A stretch of 62,653 bases of DNA, the filler included, from Collodictyon triciliatum (lineage: Eukaryota): assembly GCA_043381765.1 (NCBI GenBank). It is 13 parts of 12 records of this genome, joined end to end, with 100 filler letters (N's around TTAATTAATTAA, not from the genome) between each part and the next. Parts side by side here need not be neighbours in the genome. Positions count along the whole stretch, not along the records: positions 57,538 to 62,653 come from JBHJMP010005467.1; 12 more parts are not named here. One strand, 5' to 3'. The notes under the pieces are model-generated. The model saw nothing but the letters and a program-made list of their open reading frames with translations, ran no database searches and was not told the DNA's origin. Shown here piece by piece: positions 60,505-62,653 of the stretch. How positions within the stretch are numbered: the first letter of the stretch is position 1; each line of letters opens with the position of its first letter. The position numbers and the translations under genes are program-made.

Positions 60505-62472
60505 GGGCTATGAGATGTCAGAGTGTACGCATGACAACATAAGAATATCATCAAGATGGAATCGATTATTCATTGAACTGAATAAAGAGAAGAAAAAATA
60601 TGGAATTCATCATTGGAGATCGCCTTCGAGAATGAAATAAAGAGGAAAAATACTTCGAGATGAGATATGATAGTAATTTGGTCCCAGATATTGTTAAAAA
60701 CCTTTGTTACAAATAGATTGGACTTTGTTGGATGAGGAGGCTGGAACACTATTTCCTCCCTTCGCAAATTTTTTATTTAAATAATTGTTCACCTCACGAA
60801 AGAAATGCACTGAAAGACTGATTTCAGTGATTACAAGGATGTTGGACATTCAACGATGTAAGTCTTTAAGAAATTTAACCATGAGGATTTATAAGGAATT
60901 CAATCAAAGGAAATAATACTCTTTCAGTGCCGTCAGGATTCCTACTACGAATGACTTGTTTTCAAGAAAAGTGTAATTGGATTAATACTGTCGTACAATT
61001 CATATTAAACCATGTTGGCTGAGTATTGTAGTTTGTATGAACTTTGAATGTAAACCTCTATCTTAGCACCGTGCTCAACTCCCATCGCTTTGACCTATTC
61101 AGAATATTCATATATGATGTTAATATTCAGACTATACTTATTTTATTAATACACGTCGATTGAGGTTGAATATATTTCTACATCCTCATGACTTAGTAGC
61201 GTTGGAGATAATCCAGTCGCCAGATTCCTGTGAAAAAATATTTTTGAGAAATAAATTATGGAGCGAGATATCTAATATCTGTATATCCATGATTGGCTTA
61301 TTTTCTTATTTGTCTCCTTTTTTATCTATTTTCTGTTTTCTAGTGTCTTGAGATGAATGCATGAATATTTGATTTACTTTCGTTACTTTCCCTTTGAATC
61401 GAAAGAAAGCGAGCATGTTGGTTCATGTACATTAGTTTTATTTCTGTCATTTTCCATTACCAATATTTATTAAATCACTCACGTGACCATCGATATAGCC
61501 AATACTTCGACGCCCAAACTCGAGGCGGCAATAACTTCTGGTATAGTTGACATACCGAAAGCGTGGCCACCTATAGTGATATAAAATAATTCGAGGGCAC
61601 TATCATCATGAATCTTTTTCACTTTTGTGGTGAAAGGACTAAGGAAATTATAAATGAAACAACTGCTGTTTGTAAATGAAGAGCAAATCATATAAGAATA
61701 AATTGATTTCCACTCGATACCCATTTTCATGGCAGCTTTCACTTCACAAGAGGTTTCATAGGTCGGTCCAGTAGTCCAACAATATGTACCTAAGAGTTGA
61801 AGAATTTTTAAATTGGAAAAGGAGGAGAGAAAGGGGATATGGGGAGAGTGGTTCCTTAGATGTTGCTCTTTGGTCTATTTTTTTGCTTGTTATGAGTGGT
61901 TTGTGTCATTTTTGTTGTTTGCTTATTACTCTTACTTTTTTTATTATACTTTTACTAATACTCTGCATTTACTCTGCATTTACTCTGCATTTACTCTGCA
62001 TTTACTCTGCATTTACTCTGCATTTACTCTGCATTTGCATTTGCATTTGCATTTTAATATTTACTTTGAGTATCATATGCATGTACGTAATATAAATGAG
62101 AATTTACCATCGAATATCCTTAATCCCTTTTCCTTAGCAACTTCATGGGCGATCCTACATATCCTCTCACTATTTGGATATTTAAAGAAAATATAAAGAT
62201 TAAGATTTTGACAAAGATGATAATGAATATAATTATAGAGTTAAGGTCAAAATCAAAGGAAAAAAGTGGATGTTACAAATACATAAAGAGAAATTGCTGA
62301 GACTATGTCATATCGTTCATAATTGTGAAGAGAACTAAACCTGGCTTCGATTATGTACATCATTTATAGTTAAGTATTCATTTTAAGTTTTTAGCTGATC
62401 AAATATTACTTACCTATAAGAAATAGAAGAATCTACGACACGTGAACCGAGGCGACTGTCTTGAAAAGAATC
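57710..62472 (-). CDS. Purine nucleoside phosphorylase (PNP/MTAP fold) with additional divergent PNP-like repeats; partial
   Basis: First domain GTYCWTTGPTYETSCE, GMSTIPEVIAA and AISMVT|NLATG...LSHEDV. Second domain IKDIPHMP, HGRLFIG, FVLAATA|G...KVGDVVVVGD and LPGPSLESRGE. Confidence 0.85.
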
Positions 62473-62547
62473 TAAATATATGATTATATCCGTTTTCATA
62501 AGTTATCCTGCTTTATATGGATAAAAAAAGTTGAGAACTCAAGTTCA

Positions 62548-62653
62548 AGATGGTGATGGTGATGGTGATGGTGATGGTGATGGTGATGGTGATGGTGATG
62601 GTGATGGTGATGGTGATGGTGATGGTGATGGTGATGGTGATGGTGATGGTGAT
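62548..62653. repeat. (GATGGT)n microsatellite at the window/contig end
   Basis: Direct tandem repeat. Confidence 0.95.

Overview
This window is eukaryotic (probably protist) genomic DNA and is not contiguous. It holds 13 contigs, mostly about 5.1 kb, joined by artificial N44-TTAATTAATTAA-N44 linkers, and most contigs end in microsatellites or homopolymers. Genes are intron-rich and use the standard code. Recognisable genes are ALIX/BRO1, DUF1640 (CCDC90/MCUR1-like), mitochondrial GrpE, a complete PP2A catalytic subunit, an OSCA/TMEM63 channel, a cytosolic carboxypeptidase (AGBL/CCP), a complete WD40-type ATG16, a multi-repeat purine nucleoside phosphorylase, four LRR genes, a Kelch gene and a coiled-coil gene. 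The standout is a decayed Fanzor1 (eukaryotic TnpB-like RNA-guided nuclease) at about 37074-39038. It is followed and overlapped by a self-complementary tract of about 165 nt that is a candidate omegaRNA, and it is bracketed by similar end-like motifs, with no transposase recognisable in the contig. Other points of note are recurrent GC-AG introns, a 13-nt microexon, a tandem PNP architecture and an apparently lipid-anchored LRR family. All calls come from manual translation and motif recognition; no database searches were run.
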